Shown: piece after piece, positions 1 through 8,058 of the stretch
Layout of the letters: the number at the start of each line of letters is the position of its first letter
Position numbering within the stretch: the first letter of the stretch is position 1
Translations under genes and position numbers: made by a program
Notes under the pieces: generated by a model
Seen by the model: only the letters and a program-made list of their open reading frames with translations
Databases searched by the model: none
Told to the model about the DNA's origin: nothing
Assembly (NCBI GenBank): GCA_021797085.1
Contig: JAKAAG010000009.1
Span: forward strand, 1 to 32,000
DNA from: Nanobdellota archaeon
Lineage (GTDB): Archaea; Nanobdellota; Nanobdellia; Parvarchaeales; Parvarchaeaceae
Direction of reading: 5' to 3'
Length of the DNA: 32,000 nt

Positions 1-175
1 GTTTTTGACTGATTTTTTCAAACATCTCATCTACTGCCTTGTTAGTAAATGTCAAGCAAAGTATCTCTTTTTCGCTTACTCCATTTTTTATAAGCTCTAT
101 TACCCTGTCTGCTAATGAAGTGGTTTTCCCAGTGCCCGGATTTGCTTTTATCAGTATGTTTTTACTTAAGTCCAT
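1..175 (-). CDS. UvrD/Rep/PcrA-like superfamily-1 helicase, N-terminal fragment (gene runs off the left edge)
   Basis: Missed by the ORF track because only 58 codons lie in the window. Reverse translation from ATG(175) gives MDLSKNILIKANPGTGKTTSLADRVIELIKNGVSEKEILCLTFTNKAVDEMFEKISQK. It has a Walker A (GTGKT) followed by LTFTNKA (motif Ia), as in UvrD-like helicases. A minus-strand TTTATAA box at 196-202 lies about 24 nt upstream. Confidence 0.75.
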   Translation of the reverse strand, partial: MDLSKNILIKANPGTGKTTSLADRVIELIKNGVSEKEILCLTFTNKAVDEMFEKISQK

Positions 176-300
176 TCTAATAATTGTACACCTTATTATA
201 AAAATTTTTAAAATAGTTGAATTCTTTTTACAGAAAAATTTATAAATTATTTAGTACATAATAATTATTGTAGTGTATAAAATCTAAGGAGGTGATTGAT

Positions 301-363
301 ATGACTTCCGTAAAAGATTTTATAACAAGAATTTTGGTTTCTTTTGAGAGTTTTAATACATAG
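301..363 (+). CDS. small ORF, 20 codons, SD-led (MTSVKDFITRILVSFESFNT)
   Basis: ATG at 301 is preceded by AAGGAGGTGA (287-296) at canonical spacing. A TATA-like TTTATAAA lies at 239-246. The ORF is below the ORF-track cutoff and I recognise no homology. Confidence 0.3.
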   Translation: MTSVKDFITRILVSFESFNT

Positions 364-364
364 C

Positions 365-406
365 TTATTGGCCGGTTACGGCCGCCTTAAATTTTTAATC
401 CAATAA
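365..406 (+). promoter_or_regulatory. nested inverted repeats / GC hairpin in the hsp20 leader (terminator- or attenuator-like)
   Basis: TTATTGG (365-371) and CCAATAA (400-406) are reverse complements. They enclose a GC hairpin GGCCG-GTTA-CGGCC (370-383) and a T5 run (392-396). The element sits between the sORF stop and the hsp20 SD. Confidence 0.3.
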
Positions 407-423
407 AAAAGGAGGTGGTGCAT

Positions 424-837
424 ATGAGAATAAAAGACTTGCAACCTATAGAACCAATTGATTTAAACCCTTTCCAGCAGCTTGACAGGTTTATTTCAGG
501 CATTGGGTTTAATTTCAATTACCCAAGGGTTGACATATTAGATGAAAACAATAGGGTCAAAGTAATTGCGGATTTGCCGGGTGTGGGCAAGGAGGACATA
601 AAACTGAAGATAGAAGAAGACAGGCTCATAATAAGGGCAAATACGCAAAAAGAGGTAGAAGAAAAGAAGGAGAATTACTACAGGGTGGAAAGAAACTCAG
701 CAGGTTACTACAGAGAGATTGCTTTGCCTGCGCCTGTGCAAAAGGAAGGAAGCAAGGCAAGCTTCAAGAACGGGGTATTAACAGTAGAGCTGCTGAAGAA
801 AAAAGGTGTAGACGACAACGACATAAAGATTGAGTGA
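424..837 (+). CDS. hsp20: small heat-shock protein, Hsp20/alpha-crystallin family
   Basis: The alpha-crystallin domain pattern is present: VDILDENNRVKVIADLPGVGKEDIKLKIEEDRLIIRA...YYREIALPAPV...ASFKNGVLTVEL. I prefer ATG 424 to the track's GTG 415 because AAGGAGGTGGTG (408-420) is then an SD. Confidence 0.9.
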   Translation: MRIKDLQPIEPIDLNPFQQLDRFISGIGFNFNYPRVDILDENNRVKVIADLPGVGKEDIKLKIEEDRLIIRANTQKEVEEKKENYYRVERNSAGYYREIALPAPVQKEGSKASFKNGVLTVELLKKKGVDDNDIKIE

Positions 838-905
838 ATTTTGTTTCTTTCTTTTTTATTTCTTTTTTGATAAAAGTTTATAATTACAAAATGCTATTTT
901 TAAAG

Positions 906-1490
906 ATGGAAAGGAAAGTTTATACTGAAATCAGGGAAATAGTAAATCCAGAACATTCTGCACTGATAGTGTGGGACGTACAGAAAATGCTGGTGAATAA
1001 CATATACAACAAGGAAGAATTTCTTAAAAACATTAATGCTCTTATAGAAAGCGCAAGAAATAAAGGGATGCCAATATTCTTTACAAAGATTACGCCATTG
1101 CCGAAGGAATTTGAATCTCCTGCTAGGAAGTACTCTTCAAGCAAAATGAAGTTTAACCTTTCGCAACTACCTAAAGAAATGTTTGAACTGGCTATTGAAC
1201 CTAAAAACAATGAAATAGTCATAAACAAAAACACTGCAAGTGTATTCATAGGCACAAATTTCGAGCTTATGTGTAGAAATGCCGGTATTGAAACGTTGAT
1301 AATCGCAGGGATAGCAACTGAAATAGGAGTTGAATCTACGGCGAGAGATGCAGCAAACAGGGGCTTTTATGTAGTTGTAGATTCAGATGCATCCTCTTCC
1401 AGTGACAAAGAAGCTCATGAAAGATCCCTTCAGAACATGAAAAAGCTTTTTGATGTTCTATCGACTGATGATATAATAAAGGCGCTTTGA
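906..1490 (+). CDS. isochorismatase / cysteine-hydrolase family protein (Gly at the usual nucleophile position)
   Basis: Family motifs are present: ALIVWDVQ (Asp), FFTKI (Lys) and LIIAGIATEIGVESTARDAANRGFYVVVDSDA. The start is placed at MERKVY; the upstream part of the track ORF looks non-coding. Confidence 0.75.
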   Translation: MERKVYTEIREIVNPEHSALIVWDVQKMLVNNIYNKEEFLKNINALIESARNKGMPIFFTKITPLPKEFESPARKYSSSKMKFNLSQLPKEMFELAIEPKNNEIVINKNTASVFIGTNFELMCRNAGIETLIIAGIATEIGVESTARDAANRGFYVVVDSDASSSSDKEAHERSLQNMKKLFDVLSTDDIIKAL

Positions 1491-1738
1491 TGGCTTTAAA
1501 GAAAGATAGAGATAGGATAAGAAAAGAGATAGAGAGAAATTACAAGGTTTTAGGTTGGATAAACGATTTTATGATAGGGTTGGAGTTTTTAGTAGGCAGC
1601 ATAGAATTCCTGCCGGGGCACTTGAACACAATAGGAGTTTATCTCTTTATTTTGGGTAGCTTTCAAATATTATTAGTTCCCACAATAAGGATATCAAGAG
1701 ATATACACTTGAAACTTAGCCTGAAAAACCATAAATAG
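1490..1738 (+). CDS. small two-TM membrane protein (YrhK-like?)
   Basis: The ATG overlaps the upstream TGA (TGATG), which suggests coupling. There is a basic N-terminus followed by two hydrophobic helices (FMIGLEFLVGSIEFL, VYLFILGSFQILLV). Confidence 0.5.
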   Translation: MALKKDRDRIRKEIERNYKVLGWINDFMIGLEFLVGSIEFLPGHLNTIGVYLFILGSFQILLVPTIRISRDIHLKLSLKNHK

Positions 1739-1758
1739 AATCAGCGGCTTAAACAACT

Positions 1759-2652
1759 ATGGAAACAAAGGAATTCAATAAGACAAAAAGTAAACTTTCT
1801 GTTATCGGCGTTGGCACTTGGCAGCTTAGCAGCAACAGGGAAGAGAATGTGAAGGCAATAAAATATGCAATAGACAACGGAGTAAACTTCATAGATACTG
1901 CAGAAATGTATAATACTGAGGACATTGTCGGAGAGGCAATTAAAGGCTATGAAAGAGATAAGCTCTTCATTGCAAGCAAGGTATGGCCCACGCATTTTAA
2001 ATACGAAGATGTAATAAAAGCATGCGAAGCCAGCCTGAAGAAGATAGGAACAGATTACTTAGATTTATATCAATTGCATTGGCCCAACAAATCGGTTCCA
2101 ATAAAAGAGACAATGCAAGCGATGGAAAAGCTAGTAGATGAAGGAAAGATAAAGAATATAGGCATAAGCAACTTTTCGCTTGATGAAATGAAGGAAGCAC
2201 AGTCTGTTATGTCAAAGCATGAGATAGCATCCAATCAGGTAGAATACAGCATAGTGACAAGAGACATAGAGAAAACAGGGGTGTTCGATTACTGCAAAGA
2301 AAACCACATTGCAGTAATAGCCTATAGCCCATTATCTCACGGAAAGATATTTGATAACAAAGAACTGCTTGCAGATATTAGCAAGGTATCAAGTAAATAC
2401 GGAAAGACTCCTGCACAGGTGGCATTAAGCTGGCTCTTGCACAGAGACAATACATTCCCGATACCAAAAGCAAGTAATCCAGCGCACATGAAAGAGGACC
2501 TTGAAGCTGCTAAAATAAAGCTTGATAAAGAAGACATAGATTTTCTTTCAAGTTTGGAAGGAAAATATTACACTGAACCGATAGCAAAGCAACATAAAAA
2601 GAATGAAGACAAGATAAACAGCTATAATTTCAAGGAAGAAAAGATAAACTAA
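1759..2652 (+). CDS. aldo/keto reductase
   Basis: AKR signatures: LSVIGVGTWQL, GVNFIDTAEMY, LDLYQLHWP, IGISNF, VIAYSPL, TPAQVALSWLL, IPKASNPAHMKEDL. Confidence 0.9.
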   Translation: METKEFNKTKSKLSVIGVGTWQLSSNREENVKAIKYAIDNGVNFIDTAEMYNTEDIVGEAIKGYERDKLFIASKVWPTHFKYEDVIKACEASLKKIGTDYLDLYQLHWPNKSVPIKETMQAMEKLVDEGKIKNIGISNFSLDEMKEAQSVMSKHEIASNQVEYSIVTRDIEKTGVFDYCKENHIAVIAYSPLSHGKIFDNKELLADISKVSSKYGKTPAQVALSWLLHRDNTFPIPKASNPAHMKEDLEAAKIKLDKEDIDFLSSLEGKYYTEPIAKQHKKNEDKINSYNFKEEKIN

Positions 2653-2684
2653 ATGCATTAAAACACAGGAAATCAATAATTTAT

Positions 2685-3059
2685 ATGGCATGCAATACTT
2701 TAGACCTTTTAAATGTGCTTGGAAAGAAGTGGGATGCAACAGTATTAGAGGAAATAACCAAAAACGATGGTATAAACTTTGATAAGCTGCTTTCGTTAAA
2801 TCCCAAAATATACCCTAAAACGCTCAATAAAGCATTGAATGATCTGGTGAAAAGAGGGCTGATAACCAAGAAGGTATCATATAACAATAACATGAAAAGA
2901 AGTGAATACAGCATGACCGAAACTGGTAAATCGCTTATTTCTGCATTTGAATCGTTTAAAAAAGTCAATTGCAATGGTTCAGAAAGCGTTAAGGACTGCG
3001 GAGAATGCCAGAATGGGCCAAATGGTAACCAGGTGGTTAGCAATTCTATAAAAATATAA
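2685..3059 (+). CDS. HxlR-family winged-helix transcriptional regulator with Cys-rich tail
   Basis: CNTLDLLNVLGKKWDATVLEEI...FDKL...IYPKTLNKALNDLVKRGLITKKV...EYSMTETGKSL matches the HxlR pattern. The C-terminal tail has CNG...CGEC. Confidence 0.8.
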   Translation: MACNTLDLLNVLGKKWDATVLEEITKNDGINFDKLLSLNPKIYPKTLNKALNDLVKRGLITKKVSYNNNMKRSEYSMTETGKSLISAFESFKKVNCNGSESVKDCGECQNGPNGNQVVSNSIKI

Positions 3060-3113
3060 AATACCTCTTTTAAATAAGACAGTAAAGCTGCATTTATTTT
3101 TGCAGTTGAACTA

Positions 3114-3119
3114 TTTATA
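3114..3119 (+). promoter_or_regulatory. TATA-like box for leaderless cytochrome b gene
   Basis: TTTATA starts 31 nt upstream of ATG 3145, and there is no SD in between. Confidence 0.4.
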
Positions 3120-3144
3120 GTGATAATCAGTTATTTAATAAGGT

Positions 3145-4578
3145 ATGGATAAGGATAAAAAAGACAATAGCTCATTTTTTAGCCCTTTAATCGATTTAAT
3201 GCATGACCAATACATAAAATACGTGCCATCTTACGGTAACAGCTTCTTTTTCACGATAGGGATATACCTCTTAGAGCTATTCGTTATATTGGCAATAAGC
3301 GGCATGATAATGCTGATTTTTGGTCCTTACTGGTGGGATACTACTGCTATAGGCACGTTTTTCCGAAGCTTGCATCTGTGGGCAGCTGAAGCATTCGTGA
3401 CATTGATGTTTATTCATCTTTTCGTTAATTTTTCGACTTCTGCATTTAGAAAGAAAAAGCTTGTTTGGATGATTGGCAGCGTGCTTCTTCTTTTGGTTCT
3501 GCTGGAATTTGCATTTGGTATAGGGGTCCAAGGAGGGCTGCTTTCACAGTGGAACGACAAAGCAGGTGCGGACCTATGGAATGGTATGGGCCTAGGCTTC
3601 TGGGTAAATCCTTTGAATCAAGGAGCCGTTTTAGGCTGGCACGTAGCTATAATCCCTATCCTTTTGATCCTGCTTATGTTTATGCATTACTCGCTGGTTA
3701 AAAAAGATGGGTTAAGCACCCCTTATAGGGATGATATACCATATAAAATGGTAGAAGCAGACCATAAAAAAATGTACAGAAGAATGATCTATATTTTTAT
3801 AATAGTGTTGGTGTTTGCATTTGTGTTTAGTTCCCCGTATATAGCGCCTTTAACCATAAGCCAGGCAGCAAATTCTAATCCTTCTGGAGTTGCAACTACT
3901 TTACTGCAGGAATTCAACTTTTCATCGGGTACTGCCACTTATCTTGATACTATAGATCCGTATACCTTTAGTACTAGAGCAGTTTACTTCACAGTTCCGT
4001 ATTCTAAGTATGTAAACTTTGAAAATAAGACGAATGAGCTTTCTACGTTTTTCAATGAAAGCCCTTCTCAGCAAAATGCGCAGTTTATACAAGCATATGA
4101 TTACTTCAGCAATAATGGCTCTATTTCAAGTGCAATGAGTTCTCAAAATCCATTAATAGTTGCGACTGCCAGTTTGACCAAAATGGCTGAATCTGGAGAA
4201 TATCAGTTAGTGGTTCAAAACGAAAGCTCCAGCGGATTAGATGAAACCTATGTGTTAAGATTTTTGTATGATACCGGTGCATTGACGACTGCAGCAACGA
4301 ATTATGGCTTAAGGACTGCACAGTGGGGCATGCTAAAGGTTGGTGCTCCCCCCTGGTCAATAGAATATTGGCTGATACCATACAATGCGCTTGAGATAGC
4401 GACTGCCAACATTCCTTGGTGGAATGACCTTGAAAATGGACTGATAGCCATAATCATCTTTTTCATATTGATGCTGTTTCCGTTTATTCCATATCTGAAT
4501 AAATTGCCTGACAAATTGAAGATGTACAAGCTGTTTTGGAATAAGTACACAAATCCGGAAATGCGGAAGAAAAAGTAG
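3145..4578 (+). CDS. cytochrome b (b/b6 N-terminal di-haem domain) fused to a large non-TM region and a C-terminal TM helix
   Basis: Two His pairs lie in TM helices: RSLHLWAAEAFVTLMFIHLF (13 residues between the His) and WHVAIIPILLILLMFMHY (14 between), as in b6/Bacillus-type cytochrome b. About 200 aa of polar Ser/Thr/Asn-rich sequence follow, then a final TM (LIAIIIFFILMLFPFI). Confidence 0.75.
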   Translation: MDKDKKDNSSFFSPLIDLMHDQYIKYVPSYGNSFFFTIGIYLLELFVILAISGMIMLIFGPYWWDTTAIGTFFRSLHLWAAEAFVTLMFIHLFVNFSTSAFRKKKLVWMIGSVLLLLVLLEFAFGIGVQGGLLSQWNDKAGADLWNGMGLGFWVNPLNQGAVLGWHVAIIPILLILLMFMHYSLVKKDGLSTPYRDDIPYKMVEADHKKMYRRMIYIFIIVLVFAFVFSSPYIAPLTISQAANSNPSGVATTLLQEFNFSSGTATYLDTIDPYTFSTRAVYFTVPYSKYVNFENKTNELSTFFNESPSQQNAQFIQAYDYFSNNGSISSAMSSQNPLIVATASLTKMAESGEYQLVVQNESSSGLDETYVLRFLYDTGALTTAATNYGLRTAQWGMLKVGAPPWSIEYWLIPYNALEIATANIPWWNDLENGLIAIIIFFILMLFPFIPYLNKLPDKLKMYKLFWNKYTNPEMRKKK

Positions 4579-4634
4579 GGATCATAACCAAATGGATAAT
4601 AAGTGCTTATAAACAATAAAATACTACATTAGTT

Positions 4635-5276
4635 ATGGGATTTGTAGATGAATTGGCATTGTCATTGTTCTTCGTTGCATTCATTGGATTTCTTATGGAT
4701 TATACTGTAATTGCTATTTACAGGGATTACAGGGCTAGATATGTAAACAAATCAAATTCAAAGTTGAGCATAGAATCACATTTACAGGGCTCAATATTTA
4801 TGTTTGCAGCGATAGCAGTATTCATTCTTGTAATGGGCTTTTATGGAGAAATGACCTGGAATTTACCGGGTGCATACGACCTATTGTTTTATGATCCATT
4901 CATAATGTTAGGAATACTAACTCTTGGATTCGTATTATCCGTTAAATATAACCAAAAATTGCAGTATGTTGGACTTATTGCATTATTTATGGGTTTAGTA
5001 CTGATAGAGTACGGCATTTCCGGCTATAATCTTGGATATACCAACTCTCCAATAGCACTTCTTGGTTTGTATACTGCTTTTGGGATTGCAGGGATATTCG
5101 CTTATCCAACCACATTGGCAATGGATAAATATAGGGAAAATGGCAGCAATAAACCATTAAATAAAAGTTGGATTATTTACATAGTGCTCTTTTTAGTCTT
5201 CTTAACATTAGGCTCATTACTTGCAGCCTATATTGGTGGAGCCGCGGTTCCTGCCCACCTCGCAGCTCCCCCTTAA
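4635..5276 (+). CDS. polytopic membrane protein (6-7 TM), function unknown
   Basis: The sequence is hydrophobic throughout. A TATA-like TTATAAA at 4607-4613 is consistent with a leaderless start. It lies directly downstream of cytochrome b. Confidence 0.55.
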   Translation: MGFVDELALSLFFVAFIGFLMDYTVIAIYRDYRARYVNKSNSKLSIESHLQGSIFMFAAIAVFILVMGFYGEMTWNLPGAYDLLFYDPFIMLGILTLGFVLSVKYNQKLQYVGLIALFMGLVLIEYGISGYNLGYTNSPIALLGLYTAFGIAGIFAYPTTLAMDKYRENGSNKPLNKSWIIYIVLFLVFLTLGSLLAAYIGGAAVPAHLAAPP

Positions 5277-5341
5277 TTAGTTAATTTTTAGTTTCTAAGG
5301 AAGCAAAAACTATTAATATTATTTACTTTCTGATAGAGAAA

Positions 5342-6217
5342 ATGAAAATAGAAATGCTCCTTGGGGCAATGAGCAACATTGAGACTACTTATAACGGAAA
5401 CCCTTATGAAGTAATAGCCAATATTTACCGTGCTAAAGATAGAGAAGTTGATATACTAATAGGGCCGGAATGGAGTCTTACATCCACTCCAGGAGTATAT
5501 GTTCAGAAATTTATCAGAAACAACAAGGCAAAAGATGCAATTAATATGCTGTTCAATGCTCCGGATTACTGTGAATATGCACCTAGGGATGCAAAGAAAA
5601 TACTTGAAGAAAAAATAGCTGCTGAATCTATGTTTAAAGAGGTTCCAAGAATACCTTACTCGAAAAGAGAATACGAAAAGCTGTTAAAAGGTCTTAAGGT
5701 AGCAAGCAGGGGTTCAGACATGCTTATTTTTCCAGGAACTGCCATGTTTTATGATGAAAATAAGGCGCTTTATAACGTAATGCCCGTGATTAGAAACGGC
5801 CAGGTGATAAAAAGCGTTTACAAGTTCAATGATGGCCTTGGCTCAAAATTCAATTTAGAAGGAGCATTAAAGTTATATCCCTCCGAAACAAACAATTATG
5901 AGTATAACAAAGAGAAATATTCATTATCATATGGGAAAGACCCTATAGTAAACTTCAAAGGAATAAACACTTCTGTTGAGATATGCGCCGATGCAGGGAT
6001 ACTAAAAAAATATGGTATAGACAATTTAGATCTGCAGGTGCTGTCTTCATGTGGTAATTCCGCTACTGAAAGTGTTATAAACAATAACGGATACATTGCA
6101 GCAGTGGACGGGTTCAAAGGCGTAGAAATAAAGGTTTCGGGCAAGTATACTACAAAGTTAAGGCCTATAGAAAAATCAAATGATATGCAGCTATTTAATT
6201 TACAGTTTGATCTCTAA
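5342..6217 (+). CDS. divergent carbon-nitrogen hydrolase (nitrilase-superfamily)-like protein
   Basis: Order and context fit the Glu-Lys-Cys triad: VDILIGPEWSL (Glu), LYNVMPVIRNGQVIKSVYKFND (Lys), INTSVEICADAG (Cys). The rest is poorly conserved. Confidence 0.45.
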   Translation: MKIEMLLGAMSNIETTYNGNPYEVIANIYRAKDREVDILIGPEWSLTSTPGVYVQKFIRNNKAKDAINMLFNAPDYCEYAPRDAKKILEEKIAAESMFKEVPRIPYSKREYEKLLKGLKVASRGSDMLIFPGTAMFYDENKALYNVMPVIRNGQVIKSVYKFNDGLGSKFNLEGALKLYPSETNNYEYNKEKYSLSYGKDPIVNFKGINTSVEICADAGILKKYGIDNLDLQVLSSCGNSATESVINNNGYIAAVDGFKGVEIKVSGKYTTKLRPIEKSNDMQLFNLQFDL

Positions 6218-6774
6218 ACGTTTGTTTTGGCAACTTTCTTTTTATGTAGGTATTCTCTGCCCCAATAATATAAAAACGGGGATACACAGATTATTGTAAG
6301 GGGTATAAATGACTGGGCATAGCTCATATTTGCTATTATGTTGTTATAGTTGTTCATTGAAAGGTAATTATGCAGTGAAACCAGGGATTCTGATCCGCCC
6401 ATGCCAAGGTATACGCTTCCAAGCATTTGCTTGTTTTTCAAGCCAACTTTTTTATGTATCTTGGAGGAGAAGATGTACATAGAAACGTTCGCTATTATAT
6501 AGGAGCTTATAGCAGAGGGGATTATCCCTATGTAGTTAAAAAGCTTTGCCATTATTGGGTTCGCCTCCTGGCCACCTTGATATTCCAAGCCAAAATAAGT
6601 GAGTATTCTGTCGGAAAACATCGCCGCACTTTCATAAAGAAACTTAAATTTAACCGCTAAATTGTCTTTATAGAATTTTTTTAAACCGGAAAAGGCCTTA
6701 CCAAGGTAGTATTTGAGGTTTTTATTTGCATAAACCTCTTTGTTTTCATCTTCTATTATGGAATCTAAGCCCAT
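6214..6774 (-). CDS. membrane protein with DUF5658-like E-x-NP motif
   Basis: DRILTYFGLEYQGGQEANPIMAKLF is followed by several TM helices. Its stop overlaps the convergent stop of the 5342..6217 gene (CTAA). Confidence 0.5.
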   Translation of the reverse strand: MGLDSIIEDENKEVYANKNLKYYLGKAFSGLKKFYKDNLAVKFKFLYESAAMFSDRILTYFGLEYQGGQEANPIMAKLFNYIGIIPSAISSYIIANVSMYIFSSKIHKKVGLKNKQMLGSVYLGMGGSESLVSLHNYLSMNNYNNIIANMSYAQSFIPLTIICVSPFLYYWGREYLHKKKVAKTNV

Positions 6775-6789
6775 TATACCTTTAAAAAA

Positions 6790-7998
6790 TCATCGCTTAT
6801 AAACTCTTTTTTTATTGTAAGACAATACTTTAAAGTAGATAAACCCTCCAACTGTTTGGAGTACTCCTCCAAAAAGAACTGGAAATGGGAGCGAGATATC
6901 CATCAAGTAACCTGATAAACCTGAACTTGTCTGTGCCAGCCTGTTCGCTAGGCCCATCACACTCGATGCAGTGCCATAATCTTGAGAATTTACTCCGCTC
7001 ATGTTTACTGCACTCCTAGAAGGGGAACCGAAACCCGCTATAAATGAACGGACAGTGAAGAAAAGAGATGAAAGAATGAATAACGGAGAAAATGCTATTA
7101 TTATGAGCATCACTCCTTGCAATGCCCTTGTATAAGAGGCAGTAAAAAGCGTGGAAAACCTTGGAGAGTATGCTTTCTTTGAAGCTGCAAATGCAGCAAG
7201 CGCAGTAGCTGCATATGAAATGGTATATATTATCCCGATAAGGCTGCTGTTTACGCCGAAACGCAGTTCAAACCATAGGGGGAGAAGAGGAACTGCCATT
7301 CCTAATCCTAAACCGTTGAATGAATTAGCGAGGATAACCTTAATAGAGTAATGTATGCTTTGCCGTTTCATTACCTTGGTGGTTTTTTTTGGTCTCTTTA
7401 CCTCTGCAACGAACAATAATGCAAATAAGGAAATAAAAATCATAAAAGCTGAGAACCCGAACAATATCCTGAAACTGTCTATTATGCCCACAGAATTAAC
7501 AAAGAAAGCCTTGAAATAAAGCAGGAGGCTGCCGAATATTGCAAATGCAGAACCGACATAGGTAGTATCCGCCAGTTTCTTCACTCTCTCTTTGCTGTCC
7601 TTCCAGTTGCTTACTATCAATGCCGTAGATCCTGGCGAAAAAGTCCCCCGCATACCTCCCGCAGCACCGGCTATCCCTCCGATTATTGCCGCTATGACTA
7701 TTACGAAGAAATTCACTGAGATGGTAAGCAATATTAAAGCCGCGAGTGGGAAAACTTCTCCTATTATGAGCGATTTCTTATACCCTATCCTGTCACCTAA
7801 AGCACCGAGAAGTAAAGACAGGCCAGCATTGAATGCCATTATGACAAAATATATTATTCCTATTGAAATTATGTTATAATGCAATGCAAAAAGATAAAGG
7901 GGTAAGGACAATGTGACGAATATAAGAGCTACGCTCCTAGATGCCCTAGACACTAGAAAGAACTTGAATGTCTTTTCTTCCTTGCTTGCACTATTCAT
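6790..7998 (-). CDS. MFS transporter
   Basis: About 12 TM segments. It has the MFS loop motif GALGDRIGYKK between TM2 and TM3 and a basic central loop (KRPKKTTKVMKR). Confidence 0.8.
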   Translation of the reverse strand: MNSASKEEKTFKFFLVSRASRSVALIFVTLSLPLYLFALHYNIISIGIIYFVIMAFNAGLSLLLGALGDRIGYKKSLIIGEVFPLAALILLTISVNFFVIVIAAIIGGIAGAAGGMRGTFSPGSTALIVSNWKDSKERVKKLADTTYVGSAFAIFGSLLLYFKAFFVNSVGIIDSFRILFGFSAFMIFISLFALLFVAEVKRPKKTTKVMKRQSIHYSIKVILANSFNGLGLGMAVPLLPLWFELRFGVNSSLIGIIYTISYAATALAAFAASKKAYSPRFSTLFTASYTRALQGVMLIIIAFSPLFILSSLFFTVRSFIAGFGSPSRSAVNMSGVNSQDYGTASSVMGLANRLAQTSSGLSGYLMDISLPFPVLFGGVLQTVGGFIYFKVLSYNKKRVYKR

Positions 7999-8058
7999 TC
8001 ATTTATTATTACAGCATACTGTATATATTCTTTTACCCATAAAACATATTAGTTTTGT

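Noticed and set aside
39-245. 68-aa plus-strand ORF at the left edge
   Set aside because: It is a hydrophobic, low-complexity translation. It lies antisense to a clearly recognisable UvrD-like helicase N-terminus (1..175, minus) and runs through that gene's promoter.
3465-3701. 78-aa ORF in an alternative plus frame inside the cytochrome b gene
   Set aside because: It is embedded in the haem-binding TM region of a well-supported gene and has no independent start signals.
8021-8030. Palindromic TGTATATAT between the divergent MFS (start 7998) and Nudix-fusion (start 8059/8074) genes, considered as a shared bidirectional TATA box
   Set aside because: The spacing fits the MFS gene (~27 nt) but is ambiguous for the plus-strand gene, whose start is uncertain. 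This is too speculative without TSS data.
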